Shown piece after piece: positions 19,917 to 30,200 of a stretch of 64,000 nucleotides of DNA. The stretch spans positions 32,001 to 96,000 of the forward strand of contig DAHWNL010000015.1 in assembly GCA_027339965.1 (NCBI GenBank), in the 5' to 3' direction. The stretch comes from Granulicella sp. Lineage in GTDB: Bacteria; Acidobacteriota; Terriglobia; Terriglobales; Acidobacteriaceae. The notes under the pieces were generated by a model, which was given only the letters and a program-made list of their open reading frames with translations, did no database searches and was not told the origin of the DNA. Position 1 is the stretch's first letter. Each line of letters begins with the position of its first letter. Position numbers and translations under genes: made by a program.

Positions 19917-21056
19917 CTACCGAGCGTGGGCCAGGATGAGGCAGAAGGCGCCGTCGGAGTCCTGGAAGCTGCGCCGGGGATGGAAGCCGGCGCGAATGAG
20001 CAGATCGTCCAGGACTCCGCTGCGGAACTTGTAGCTGTTCTCCGTATGGATCGTCTCCCCGGCTGCGAAGGGGATGCGGTGCGGTTGTCCCCCGGCGGGG
20101 ATCTCAATGGTCTGGCGGATGCGACTCTGCAGATGCATCTCGATGCGGCTCTCGGCAGTATTCCATCGAGCGAGGTGCTGGAAGCTGCTGGGAGTGAAGT
20201 TGGCCCCCAGCTCGCGATTGAGACGGACGAGAATGTTGCGATTGAAGGCCGCAGTGACGCCGGCGGCATCATCGTAGGCGCGGAGAATGGTCGAGACCGG
20301 TTTGCGGTTGTTAGGAGCCAGATCGGCGCCGAGCAGAAGAGCGTCCTTGCGCTGAAGGCGGGAGCGTAGACGGACGAGAATCTCTTCTGCCTCGACTGGA
20401 GAGAAGTTGCCGATGCTGGATCCGATCCAGAGAACCAGCCTGCGAGGCCGGAGAGTGGCGCTGAACGAGGATCTCTGTGCCGCGAAAGACCCGTGCGGGG
20501 CAACGTTTTGGGCAGGCTTCAGGGAGTAGTTCCCACTGACGTAGTTGGCGGCCTGGGGTAGTACCGTGAGGCCGGGCATGGCGGCGGTGAGGGCCTCAGC
20601 GGCCTTGGCCATGGCGGTGGGGCTGACGTCGATGGGCTGATAGAGCAGCCGCGGTTGAACTTCGATCGCGGCCTGCAGCAGCAGGCCGGTTTTAGCGGAA
20701 GAACCTGCGCCGAGTTCCGCGATTGTAAAGGGAGTGGGTCGGGGGAGTGGAGCGTCGTGGACGCCGGGAAAGAGAAACTCACGCAGGATCTCCCTGGCGT
20801 GGGCCGCAAGCAGGGAGCGTTCGGTACGAGTGAGATAGTATTCGGGCAATTCGGTGATCTGCTCGAAGAGGTCAGAACCCTGCTGGTCATAGAAGAGCCA
20901 TGGAGGAAGGGATCGGGGCTGGGAGGTGAGTCCGCGGAGAGCCTCGTTACGGATGGCGTCCGCGAGGCTGTTCGGGCTCCCGTCTGGGCTCACGGCTGGG
21001 CCGCCATTTGGAAACACACTCCAAGCAGACTGATTGGCAGAGATCGAAGCCTTCAT
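19917..21056 (-). CDS. egtD: L-histidine N-alpha-methyltransferase
   Basis: FYDQQGSDLFEQITELPEYY, ELGAGSSAKT, GSSIGN, AYDDAAGVTAAFN and HTENSYKF motifs. Confidence 0.95.
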   Translation of the reverse strand: MKASISANQSAWSVFPNGGPAVSPDGSPNSLADAIRNEALRGLTSQPRSLPPWLFYDQQGSDLFEQITELPEYYLTRTERSLLAAHAREILREFLFPGVHDAPLPRPTPFTIAELGAGSSAKTGLLLQAAIEVQPRLLYQPIDVSPTAMAKAAEALTAAMPGLTVLPQAANYVSGNYSLKPAQNVAPHGSFAAQRSSFSATLRPRRLVLWIGSSIGNFSPVEAEEILVRLRSRLQRKDALLLGADLAPNNRKPVSTILRAYDDAAGVTAAFNRNILVRLNRELGANFTPSSFQHLARWNTAESRIEMHLQSRIRQTIEIPAGGQPHRIPFAAGETIHTENSYKFRSGVLDDLLIRAGFHPRRSFQDSDGAFCLILAHAR

Positions 21057-21149
21057 CGTTAACCGACGCCTCGTCGAACAACAGGTTGGGGTGGGGAGAA
21101 GACGGAATCTCGCTCCCGGAGGAGAGCAGCCAATCCCAAGGGAGAAGCC

Positions 21150-22574
21150 CTATGAAGCATCGCGAGCCAGTCGCAAGCCGCTGAACTGCCAACGGGTGGA
21201 GGGCGAAAAGAAGTTGCGGTAGGTAGCACGGATGTGCGCCTCGGGAGTGACGCAGGAGCCGCCGCGGAGAACCATCTGGGAGCTCATGAACTTGCCGTTG
21301 TACTCCCCCAGAGCTCCTGGCAGAGGTCTGTAACCGGGATAGCCGGTGTAGGGCGATTGGGTCCACTCCCAGACATCGCCAAAGAGCTGTTGGGGCTCGC
21401 TGAGGCCGAAGGAGGCGGGTTGGGGATGAAGCTGTCCGGACTCGATGAAGTTTTGGGGGCTCCCTCCTGAGTCTGCCGCCCCCCCTGCAGAGGTTCTGCC
21501 CTGGCGGTTAGGGCCTTCTTCTACCCTGGACGCGACGTACTCCCACTCGAACTCGGTGGGCAGGCGATAGCCGGACCATCGGGCAAAGGCATCCGCCTCA
21601 AAGTAGCTGAGGTGACATACCGGAGTCTCCGAGAGCTGGCCCAGAGGGAGAAGACCACGCAGGGTGAAGACGCTCCATCCGGAGGGCGTGGAGGAGTCCC
21701 CCACCCAGTAGAGGGGGGCCTGCCAGGCGTTGGCCTGGACGGCGTCCCAGCCCTCGGAGAGCCAGAGTTCGGGACGGGCATAGCCGTCGTCTTCAATAAA
21801 GGCGAGATATTCAGCGCAGGTGACCTCGCGCGAGGCCAGATGAAAGGGCGCCAGGTACACGCGGTGACGGGGGGTCTCATTGTCGAAGACGAAGGCATGA
21901 AGCTCATGCGGGTCGAGATTGGCTCCGATCTCCACGATGCCGGGGCGGAGTGGCGACCCCGGGGTGAAGCTGAGCCAAAGCAACGGCGGTGCCATGGCTT
22001 CGGCGAGACCAGCGCCGCTGAGGCCACCGGCGGCGGATTCGGAGCGATGACGAGCGGTGCCGTAGGCCGGGCGGAGCGGGTTGGTGAAGAAAGCGTGCTT
22101 GATGTCGGTAGCTGCCAACTCCAGATGCTGCTGTTCATGCTCGATGCCCAGGACGATGCGGCGCTGGGACTCGTCATCCGGGATACAGCAGAGCAGACGC
22201 TCGATCGCGGCATCCACGTGGCGGCGATAGGCCAGGATCTGCTCCAGAGAGGGTCGGGAGAAGGAGGAGCGCAGCTTCTTCTCCGGCATCTCTCCCAGGG
22301 CGCGGTAATAGGAGTTGAACAGAAAGCGGAAGCGGGGATCAAAGGGCTGGTAACCGGCAATAAACTCGCAGAGGACAAAAGCTTCAAAAAACCATGTGGT
22401 GTGGGCCAAATGCCACTTGACTGGAGAGGCCTCCGAGCAGGATTGCACCATCATGTCCTCCGGGGACAGAGGAGCGGTGAAGCGGAGGGTAGCTTCGCGC
22501 ACGGAGCGGAAGCGGTCAAGCAGCGCAGCAGTGCGGGCGTTCTGGGCGGAGGGATGCATTGGCTGGGTTTGCAT
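21150..22574 (-). CDS. egtB: Ergothioneine sulfoxide synthase (DinB-like + FGE-sulfatase)
   Basis: SPVKWHLAHTTWFFE, FNSYY, HEQQH, GEYNGKFM and YRNFF motifs. Confidence 0.95.
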   Translation of the reverse strand: MQTQPMHPSAQNARTAALLDRFRSVREATLRFTAPLSPEDMMVQSCSEASPVKWHLAHTTWFFEAFVLCEFIAGYQPFDPRFRFLFNSYYRALGEMPEKKLRSSFSRPSLEQILAYRRHVDAAIERLLCCIPDDESQRRIVLGIEHEQQHLELAATDIKHAFFTNPLRPAYGTARHRSESAAGGLSGAGLAEAMAPPLLWLSFTPGSPLRPGIVEIGANLDPHELHAFVFDNETPRHRVYLAPFHLASREVTCAEYLAFIEDDGYARPELWLSEGWDAVQANAWQAPLYWVGDSSTPSGWSVFTLRGLLPLGQLSETPVCHLSYFEADAFARWSGYRLPTEFEWEYVASRVEEGPNRQGRTSAGGAADSGGSPQNFIESGQLHPQPASFGLSEPQQLFGDVWEWTQSPYTGYPGYRPLPGALGEYNGKFMSSQMVLRGGSCVTPEAHIRATYRNFFSPSTRWQFSGLRLARDAS

Positions 22575-23017
22575 AGATTAACTCCAGTTCCGGTTGAATG
22601 CTTCTTCCACTCGATGCGGCGCTGGCAGGAGCGCTTCACAAAGAGCCAACTCTCCAGGAGCGGAGATGCTCGGCGAGCGCGGCGTCGTTGCAATGGCGGC
22701 AGCGCCGAAGCGCGGCGATCAGCGTGTACGGAGATGTGACAAGATGGTGCGCTGGAAGTTCCAAGGAGGTGGTGAGCCGACATTCGAAGGAGACACAGCC
22801 ATAGCTCTACCTGGTTCGAAGATCGAGGTCAAGAGATCGATAGCGTGGGCAACCATCGCGGAGCCGTTGGAGTCGCTCAGGAAGGGCTGCTCTCAGATTC
22901 CAGTTTACTGAACCCTGCCGGGAGCAAGTGAGAATTTTTGATGCCACATGCGTCTTCTGCGCGGCGATGCCGTCTTTGAAGTTATGGAAGCCGAACCGGC
23001 GGGAGAAGGAGCTTGAG

Positions 23018-23782
23018 ATGCGTTGCGCAGTGAGAGATGTGTTTCTGGGGATTTTGGCAATCGGCCTGGCGGCAGGACCAGGCGCCAGGGCGCAGGGCGG
23101 CGGGCAGGGATCGTACCGTGGCCGCGGCCCGTTTGCCGGGATGCAGCGCGAGCGTGGGGAGGTGACGGCGATCAACGGCGACACGCTGACCGTGACGACG
23201 GATGAGGGAAGCACCATCCAGGTGGTCACCACCGCAAATACCCGAGTGATGAAGGGGCGCGGGGAGATGATGAAGGTCGCCGACCTCAAAGCCGGCGATG
23301 GAGTGATGGCGGCCGGGATGCTGGATGCCTCCACGCATACGCTTCATGCCGCAGTTTTGTTTGTTGTGGATGCGGCCCAGATGCAGGCTATGAAGGAGAA
23401 CCTGGGCAAGACGTACATTGTGGGGCGGGTGACGGCCGTGGATCTGGACAACGCGCGGATGACAGTGGAGCGAACGGACCATGTGTCACAGACGATCGGG
23501 TTCGATGAAACGACCTCCTTCCGCAGGGGTGGCCGGATGGTGGGAGGGATGTTCGGAGCCGGGCCGGGCGGAGCCGGTTCAGGCCGATCGGGTGCGGCAA
23601 CTCCCGAGCCGGGCGGCGATAGCATCACGCTGGCCGATATCAAGGTGGGCGAGATGGTGCGGGGAACAGGCTCGGTCAAGAATGGAATCTTTGTACCAAC
23701 GGAGCTGGTGGTCATGGAGCGTGGACGACGCAGAGAGGGAGGCGGAGCCATGGGTGGAAGCGCTGCGCCGGTTCCGCAATAA
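23018..23782 (+). CDS. Exported protein with repeated OB-fold-like (DUF5666-like) domains
   Basis: Signal peptide; two G-x-V-T-A...L-x-D-(L/I)-K-x-G repeats; Gly-rich linkers. Confidence 0.7.
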   Translation: MRCAVRDVFLGILAIGLAAGPGARAQGGGQGSYRGRGPFAGMQRERGEVTAINGDTLTVTTDEGSTIQVVTTANTRVMKGRGEMMKVADLKAGDGVMAAGMLDASTHTLHAAVLFVVDAAQMQAMKENLGKTYIVGRVTAVDLDNARMTVERTDHVSQTIGFDETTSFRRGGRMVGGMFGAGPGGAGSGRSGAATPEPGGDSITLADIKVGEMVRGTGSVKNGIFVPTELVVMERGRRREGGGAMGGSAAPVPQ

Positions 23783-23919
23783 GGCCGGCTACAAGTTGCC
23801 GAGCCCCCTGAGAACGAAGGGCAACTGACTGCGCAGTGTGGATCAGGTAAAGAAACATTCCATCCTCGGTGAGCTGCTGGCGGAACAGCGACGATCCACC
23901 AGCGGAAGGAGACGTCTAC

Positions 23920-26900
23920 GTGGAGGCGTGCAAGATCAAAGCGACCGTCAGTGCAGCGATGGGGCTAACGGTGAGCATCATGGGGTTGCTGCTGCATGGC
24001 GCCGCAGTTCTGGCCCAGAACCCGGCTGCCCAGACTCCAGCCGTTCAGGGCTCGGCTGCGGCCGGGCGCGCCGTTCTCCAGCGCAGCTCTGCGCAGCTCA
24101 CCTCTGCGGCGTCACGCAGCGCGGAGCCTGCGCCGCTCCAGGGCGTGCCCGCCAACGAAACTGCCGGCGGAGCCACTTTACCTGAGGACGGCAATCAGGG
24201 TGGGACCATTCAAGGCCGGGTGGTCGCCGGAGCCGTGGCCAAGGGCAGAGGAGTTCCCCTCCCCGGGGTCGCGATGACAGCGACCAACACGCTGACCGGA
24301 CGGAAGTATGCCACCACCACGGATATCGATGGCAAGTACGCGATGGCGATTCCGCGCAATGGGCGGTACGTGGTACGGGCCGATCTGATGGGCTTCGCCA
24401 CGGCCACGCGGGAGGTGGTGCTGAACGGAGTGGAGGCGCAGGCGGCAAAGCAGGGAATCAGAGTTCTGCCCGCGGTGACCGACTTTGGCTTGCAACTGGC
24501 GAGCCAGGTGGAAGAGGCGACCAGGCGAGAGGAACCGAACAGTAGCCGCAGTGCCGGATCTGGAACCCAGGGGCTCAGCCTGAGCTTGAGCAGCGAAGGC
24601 GGGCTGGATGCCACCATGGGCGAGCAGAATGCGGGTGTGGCTCTTCCAACCATGTTGGGAGCGGGCGATGAGGCGGAGGATTCTGTGACGGTGAATGGCG
24701 TTACCGGCGCGACCAACGGGTTGGCGAATCTCAGCGAAGAGGAGATTCAGCAGCGCATTCAGAACGCCATTGCGCAAGCTCGCGCCAGCGGCATGCTGCC
24801 AGCTGGAGGAAATCCCGCCACTGTGGCCGCCGGGGCGCTGGGCGGCATGATGGGCGGACCCGGCTTCAGGAGCGGACCTGGAGGCGCCGGCGGGAGGCCG
24901 GGAGGCTTTGGCGGCTTTGGCGGCTTTGGCCGCGGAGGATTCCGGAACTTCAATCCAGCGCAGCCGCATGGAAGCATCTTCTATCAGACCAGTAATGCGG
25001 CGCTTAACTCGGCCCAGTGGTCCCCTGATCTTCAGCCACAGACCAAGCCTTCCTCGTACACCAACAACTTTGGCGTGACGCTGGCCGGGTCGCCGTACAT
25101 TCCAGGGTTGATCAAGCCGAACATCAGCCAGTTCATGTTTTTGAATGTGACTGGACAGAAGAATCTGAACGCCTTTCTGGGCGGACCATCGCGGGTTCCC
25201 ACGGCGCTGGAGCGCCAAGGAAACTTCTCCCAGTCGACCCAGGTTGTCAACGGCGTGACGGTGCCGGTGGAGATCTACGATCCGAAGACCGGCCTGCCGG
25301 TCACGGACAATAATCTGGCCAACGCGACCACGCCCATGTCCGCCCAGGCGCTGGCGCTGTTGCAGTACTACCCGGCGCCGAATATCCCAACCAATGCGGA
25401 AGGATATAACTACGAGACGATCTCCAACGCGGGCAACAACCAGATTGCGATCAATACCCGCTATGTGCGCACGGTGGGGGGCATGGGCGGTTCGCCCTTC
25501 GCCTTCTTCCGGCAGAGGAACTCGAACCTGCCTCCATCGCTGAGGCAGAACATCAACCTCGCCTATCACTACTCGCACTCGGCCAGCGATCTGCGCAACA
25601 TCTTTCTTCCTCTGGGAGGAACCACGGCGACCGACGGCAACCTACTGAGCGCGGGATACACGTTAGGCTACGGGCGGTTCACCAACCACGCCACGGTGAC
25701 CTGGAACCGGCTGAACACCCAGACCCAGAATTACTTTACGAACACCTCCAATGATCCCTCCACGACGGTGGGCTTGACGATTCCAAATGCGGGCGGTGGG
25801 CTGACGGCGACGAAGTTCTATAACGGTCTGCCGACGCTGAACATCTCCAACTTTGCCACGCTCTCCAATACCACACCCACTCTGTTGACGAACCAGGCCA
25901 TCAGCATCTCCTACTTTGCGGCCTATCGTCATAGCAAACACAATCTGCGTATGGGATTTGACGTTCGGTGGGTACAGGCGAACGAGATCGGCAGCAGGGA
26001 TCCGCTGGGGCAGTTTACTTTTTCCGGTTACGCGACCGAGAGCCCGGCCGACCAGGCCCGAGGAAGTCGGGCGACGACTGGTTCGGGGTTTGCCGATTTT
26101 CTGCTGGGACTTCCGCAGAGTACAGCGATTGAGTCGCTGCTCAACAAGATTTATCTGCGCGAGAACGTTTTCGACTGGTTCGCTACGGATGACTTCCGGG
26201 CAGCCTCCAATCTGACGTTGAACTACGGGGTGCGGTACGAGTATTTTGCGCCCTATACCGAGAAGAACAACCGGATCGTCAACCTGGATCACAATGCGAA
26301 CTTCACCGAGGTGGATCCCGTAGAGCCAGGCGGCACGGGAACGTATGAGGGCAAGTTTCCGGCGGGGCTGATCAATCCAGACCGCACGATGTATGCTCCT
26401 CGGCTGGGTTTTGCGTGGCGGCCGACGGGAGCCTCCAACCTGGCCAACGGCAACAACGTGATCGGGGAGTTGGTGGGCAAGCTGCTGCAACACTGGGTGG
26501 TGCGCGGCGGATATGGCATCAACTACAACACCGGGCAGTTTGGGACCATCGCCAGGTCGCTGGCCTACCAGCCGCCGTTTGCCATCACGCAGACCAACGA
26601 TATCCCAGTCGCCAGCAGCGGGAATCCAACGCCGTCCGCCACCGGATGCGTTACCACCACTCCAACAACAACGGCTAATATGACGCTGGGTAACGGCTTT
26701 GGTTGCTCCACGGCGGAGTTGGTGGAGAACGATTATGCGGTGAACAAGAACTATCGGCTGGGGATGGTGCAGGCTTACAACCTGAATCTGCAACGGACGC
26801 TGCCGTTGCAGATCGTGATGAACCTGGGCTACAGCGGGGCAAAGGGAAGTGGTCTAGACGTTGTGGGCTCACCCAACAGCACCCCGGACGGAGTCCTGAC

Positions 26901-27663
26901 GCCCGGGATCTCCCCCTTTTCTTATGAGACCTCGGTGGCGGGATCCCATGCCAACTCGCTGGTGGTCAGCTTTCAGAAGCGGCAACAGAAGGGGATCTCG
27001 ATGGGAGTCACTTACACTTATGGGCATTCGATCGATGATGCGTCTTCCGTAGGCGGCTCAAGCGCCACCAGTGTGCAGGACTTCCGGAAGTTGTATCTGG
27101 AGGAGGGGAACTCATCGTTTGACATACGCCAGAGCGCCAGCGGCAATTGGCTCCTGGAACTTCCCTTCGGGCCCAACCGGAGGTTCTTCAACCAGGGCGG
27201 GTTCTGGTCGCGCGCACTGGATGGATTTTTACTGAGTGGGACGTTCACGTTCTCGACAGGTCAGTACTTCACTCCGTCCTACTCGGGCAGTCAGGCCGAG
27301 GCTGCTTCCGGCGGTCTGTTCACGCTGCGACCGGACCGAGTCTTCAGTGCGCCAATCAACGGAACGGGCAGAGTGAATGACTTCTTCAACAAGGCTGCCT
27401 TCACGGCTCCGGCGGGAGAGTATGGGACGGCTTCACGCGATTCCATTGAGGGGCCAGGCACCGTTTCCGTGGATGCATCGCTCTCGCGGCTCATGCAGTT
27501 CGCCGGAACCCGCTCCCTGGAGATGCGAGTGACAGCCGATAACGTCTTCAATACAGTGCAGTACAACCAAATCGATACGACGGAGAACTCGGCGAACTTT
27601 GGCGAGGTAACCAGCTCGGCTCCCATGCGGTCCTTGCTGGTCCAGGCACGCTACAGATTCTAG
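23920..27663 (+). CDS. TonB-dependent-receptor-like OM protein with a carboxypeptidase-regulatory-like N-domain
   Basis: ~1250 aa; LTLNYGVRYEYF, APRLGFAWRP and VVRGGYG motifs; C-terminal F (ARYRF); start uncertain. Confidence 0.9.
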   Translation: MEACKIKATVSAAMGLTVSIMGLLLHGAAVLAQNPAAQTPAVQGSAAAGRAVLQRSSAQLTSAASRSAEPAPLQGVPANETAGGATLPEDGNQGGTIQGRVVAGAVAKGRGVPLPGVAMTATNTLTGRKYATTTDIDGKYAMAIPRNGRYVVRADLMGFATATREVVLNGVEAQAAKQGIRVLPAVTDFGLQLASQVEEATRREEPNSSRSAGSGTQGLSLSLSSEGGLDATMGEQNAGVALPTMLGAGDEAEDSVTVNGVTGATNGLANLSEEEIQQRIQNAIAQARASGMLPAGGNPATVAAGALGGMMGGPGFRSGPGGAGGRPGGFGGFGGFGRGGFRNFNPAQPHGSIFYQTSNAALNSAQWSPDLQPQTKPSSYTNNFGVTLAGSPYIPGLIKPNISQFMFLNVTGQKNLNAFLGGPSRVPTALERQGNFSQSTQVVNGVTVPVEIYDPKTGLPVTDNNLANATTPMSAQALALLQYYPAPNIPTNAEGYNYETISNAGNNQIAINTRYVRTVGGMGGSPFAFFRQRNSNLPPSLRQNINLAYHYSHSASDLRNIFLPLGGTTATDGNLLSAGYTLGYGRFTNHATVTWNRLNTQTQNYFTNTSNDPSTTVGLTIPNAGGGLTATKFYNGLPTLNISNFATLSNTTPTLLTNQAISISYFAAYRHSKHNLRMGFDVRWVQANEIGSRDPLGQFTFSGYATESPADQARGSRATTGSGFADFLLGLPQSTAIESLLNKIYLRENVFDWFATDDFRAASNLTLNYGVRYEYFAPYTEKNNRIVNLDHNANFTEVDPVEPGGTGTYEGKFPAGLINPDRTMYAPRLGFAWRPTGASNLANGNNVIGELVGKLLQHWVVRGGYGINYNTGQFGTIARSLAYQPPFAITQTNDIPVASSGNPTPSATGCVTTTPTTTANMTLGNGFGCSTAELVENDYAVNKNYRLGMVQAYNLNLQRTLPLQIVMNLGYSGAKGSGLDVVGSPNSTPDGVLTPGISPFSYETSVAGSHANSLVVSFQKRQQKGISMGVTYTYGHSIDDASSVGGSSATSVQDFRKLYLEEGNSSFDIRQSASGNWLLELPFGPNRRFFNQGGFWSRALDGFLLSGTFTFSTGQYFTPSYSGSQAEAASGGLFTLRPDRVFSAPINGTGRVNDFFNKAAFTAPAGEYGTASRDSIEGPGTVSVDASLSRLMQFAGTRSLEMRVTADNVFNTVQYNQIDTTENSANFGEVTSSAPMRSLLVQARYRF

Positions 27664-27701
27664 AGCCAGAAGCGCAAAGGGAAGACGGCAGAAGGAGACA
27701 G

Positions 27702-29873
27702 ATGCGGCGAATCGTGGCATCGGCGTTGGCGATCATGATGGGTCTGGGCCCCGGCGCAGGATCTGCGTTGGGCCAGGGAGCGGGGCAGACGGCGCCGAGC
27801 CTGGCCCCCACGCAGAGTTCGGCGTCCGCGCAGACGGTGCAGAAGATGGGCGCCGGAACCTTCCGGATGAAGGTGAGCACAAACATTGTGCTGACCAATG
27901 TGGTGGTGCGGGATCGGAAGACAGGCGAGGTGGTGAAGGGGCTGAAAGCCAGCGACTTCCATATCTACGAGAACAAACGGGAACAGAAGATCATCAGCTT
28001 CGACTACGAGAACGTGGACCATGCAGTCACGCTGGCCGAGCAGACAACGGCTGAAGGAAGGATGTCTGTGGCGGATCTGCTGAACGGAAACTATGTGGCC
28101 GATCAGAAGATGTTGAAGAATCATCGCCTTATCGTGATCTTCTTCGATCTGAGCTCGATGCAGGATGAGGATATCGATCGCGCAGTGGACGCCGCTGAGC
28201 AGTACGTGAAGACCCAGATGCGGCCCGCGGATCTGGTGGCGCTGGTGAGCATGTCGACCGGGTTATCCCTGGACCAGGACTTCACCTCCAACAAGACAGC
28301 GCTGCTGCACGTGCTGGCCAATTACAACGGTACGGATGAGACCGGTTTCTCCAACGGCACCACCGGTTCCACCAGCGGAACGCCCGATGATTCGGGATCG
28401 TTTGCCGCCAACGACACCGAGTTCAACAGCCTGAATACGGACCGTGAGTTGCTCGCCATTCGCGCTATCGCCAAGAGCCTGGAGAAGACGGCGCAGCGCA
28501 AGTCCATGCTGTACTTTTCTGGCGGGCTGACCAAGAATGGCATTGAAAATGAGGCCAGCCTGAGGGCCGCAACCAATGAGGCGGCCAAGGCGAACATGGC
28601 CATCTACTCTGTGGATGCGCGGGGACTGCAAGCTCTCTCCCCGCTGGGAGATGCAACCCAGGGAAGCCTGCGCGGCAACTCAGCCTACAGCGGCGCAGCG
28701 GCGACGGCGCAGTTCAGCTCGAACTACAGCTCGCAGTCGACGCTGAGCACACTGAGTACGGACACCGGGGGCAAGGCATTCTTTGATGCGAATGACTTCG
28801 CTCCCGCCTTTGAGCAGGTTCAACACGATACGGAGGCCTATTACATTCTTGGTTTCCGGTCAACGAACCCGAAGATGGATGGCTCCTATCGGCACCTGCT
28901 GGTGAAGGTAGACCGGCCGGATGTGAAACTGGAGTACAGGTCTGGATACTATGCGGCAGCGGACTTCCGGCACCAGAAGAGCGAGGACCGAGAAGAAGCC
29001 CTGAACGAACAGATGCGCAGCGACCTGCCGGCAACCGATGTAGCGGTGTATCTGCAGGCGCTCTACTTCATGGAGGAGCGAAACATGTACTCCGTCCCGG
29101 TGAGCCTGATTGTGCCGGGCTCCCAGATTCCGTTTGTCAAAGGCGGCGACCGGGACAAGGCCGCGCTGGACATCTTAGGACAGGTGAAGAACGCTGAGGG
29201 CATTGTGGTTGGCAACGTGCGCCAGACGGTGAGGTTGGCCGTGAACCAGTCGCAGCAGGTTCGGCAGAAGAACATCGAGTACACGACGAACTTTAACCTG
29301 GCGCCGGGGCACTATCATTTGAAGTTTGTGGTGCGCGAAGATCAGACGGGAAACATGGGAAGTTTTGAGACCGATATCCAGGTTCCGGATCTGAAGAAGG
29401 CTCCGTTGAAGATGAGTTCGGTGCTGATCGCCAGCCAGAGAGTGCCCGAAAAGGACAAGTATGGCCAAAACCCGCTGGTGCGCGACGGTCTGGAGTGGGT
29501 ACCCAATGTGGCGCATGTCTTCCGCCAGGGGCAGCATCTTTACGTCCTGTACGAGGTGTATGACCCGGCGCAGGAGAAGGGTGCGCGGAAGGATCCGATT
29601 CGGGTGCTGACCAGCATCGAGTTCATGCGCAAGGGCACCAGGGTCTATGAGACACCGGTGGTGACAGCGCAGAAGGTGAATGATCCGGTACATAACGCGG
29701 CGGTCTTCCAGTTTGATGTTCCGGTAGAGCAGTTGAAGCCGGGAACCTACATCTGTCAGGTCAACGTGATTGACGATGCAGCGGCCAGCTTCAGGTTTCC
29801 GCGCCTGGCGCTGAAGGTGGAATCGACGGCCGCGCCAGCGCCCGCGGTAGCCGGGGTGGTAGGGACAAAGTGA
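27702..29873 (+). CDS. Acidobacterial-type VWA domain protein
   Basis: VVVRDRK-GEVVKGL-ASDF, FFDLSS, IYSVDARGL, TGGKAF and YYILGF motifs; signal peptide. Confidence 0.88.
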   Translation: MRRIVASALAIMMGLGPGAGSALGQGAGQTAPSLAPTQSSASAQTVQKMGAGTFRMKVSTNIVLTNVVVRDRKTGEVVKGLKASDFHIYENKREQKIISFDYENVDHAVTLAEQTTAEGRMSVADLLNGNYVADQKMLKNHRLIVIFFDLSSMQDEDIDRAVDAAEQYVKTQMRPADLVALVSMSTGLSLDQDFTSNKTALLHVLANYNGTDETGFSNGTTGSTSGTPDDSGSFAANDTEFNSLNTDRELLAIRAIAKSLEKTAQRKSMLYFSGGLTKNGIENEASLRAATNEAAKANMAIYSVDARGLQALSPLGDATQGSLRGNSAYSGAAATAQFSSNYSSQSTLSTLSTDTGGKAFFDANDFAPAFEQVQHDTEAYYILGFRSTNPKMDGSYRHLLVKVDRPDVKLEYRSGYYAAADFRHQKSEDREEALNEQMRSDLPATDVAVYLQALYFMEERNMYSVPVSLIVPGSQIPFVKGGDRDKAALDILGQVKNAEGIVVGNVRQTVRLAVNQSQQVRQKNIEYTTNFNLAPGHYHLKFVVREDQTGNMGSFETDIQVPDLKKAPLKMSSVLIASQRVPEKDKYGQNPLVRDGLEWVPNVAHVFRQGQHLYVLYEVYDPAQEKGARKDPIRVLTSIEFMRKGTRVYETPVVTAQKVNDPVHNAAVFQFDVPVEQLKPGTYICQVNVIDDAAASFRFPRLALKVESTAAPAPAVAGVVGTK

Positions 29874-30200
29874 CCCGATCGAGAGTGCGGCTCCGCCCGA
29901 GCTCCGATCATCTTGCGCCCGGAAATTGCTATGCTCACCGGGGAGGCGTTTGAGGGAGAAGCAGGAGCCGGGTTGAAGACCCGATGCAAGAGTCAGAAAC
30001 GCGCTCTTGGGCTGCGCGAGCAGCGGGGCCCCACATCGCAAAAGGCGAGAAGCAGGATGCCCACCATTCACCGCTGGGCAGAGAGTCTGCAGGCGGGGTC
30101 CGGCCGGCCCGCTAACCTACCAAAACTTGGAGCTGAGAAAGCGTCAGCAGCCGTACACTGTGCTAAGCCGAAGATTGGCGCAAGGCAAGGAGGGTCTCTC

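Noticed and set aside
21150..22574. Selenoneine (SenA) or ovothiol (OvoA) synthase
   Set aside because: No senB/selD neighbours and no C-terminal methyltransferase domain; egtD is adjacent
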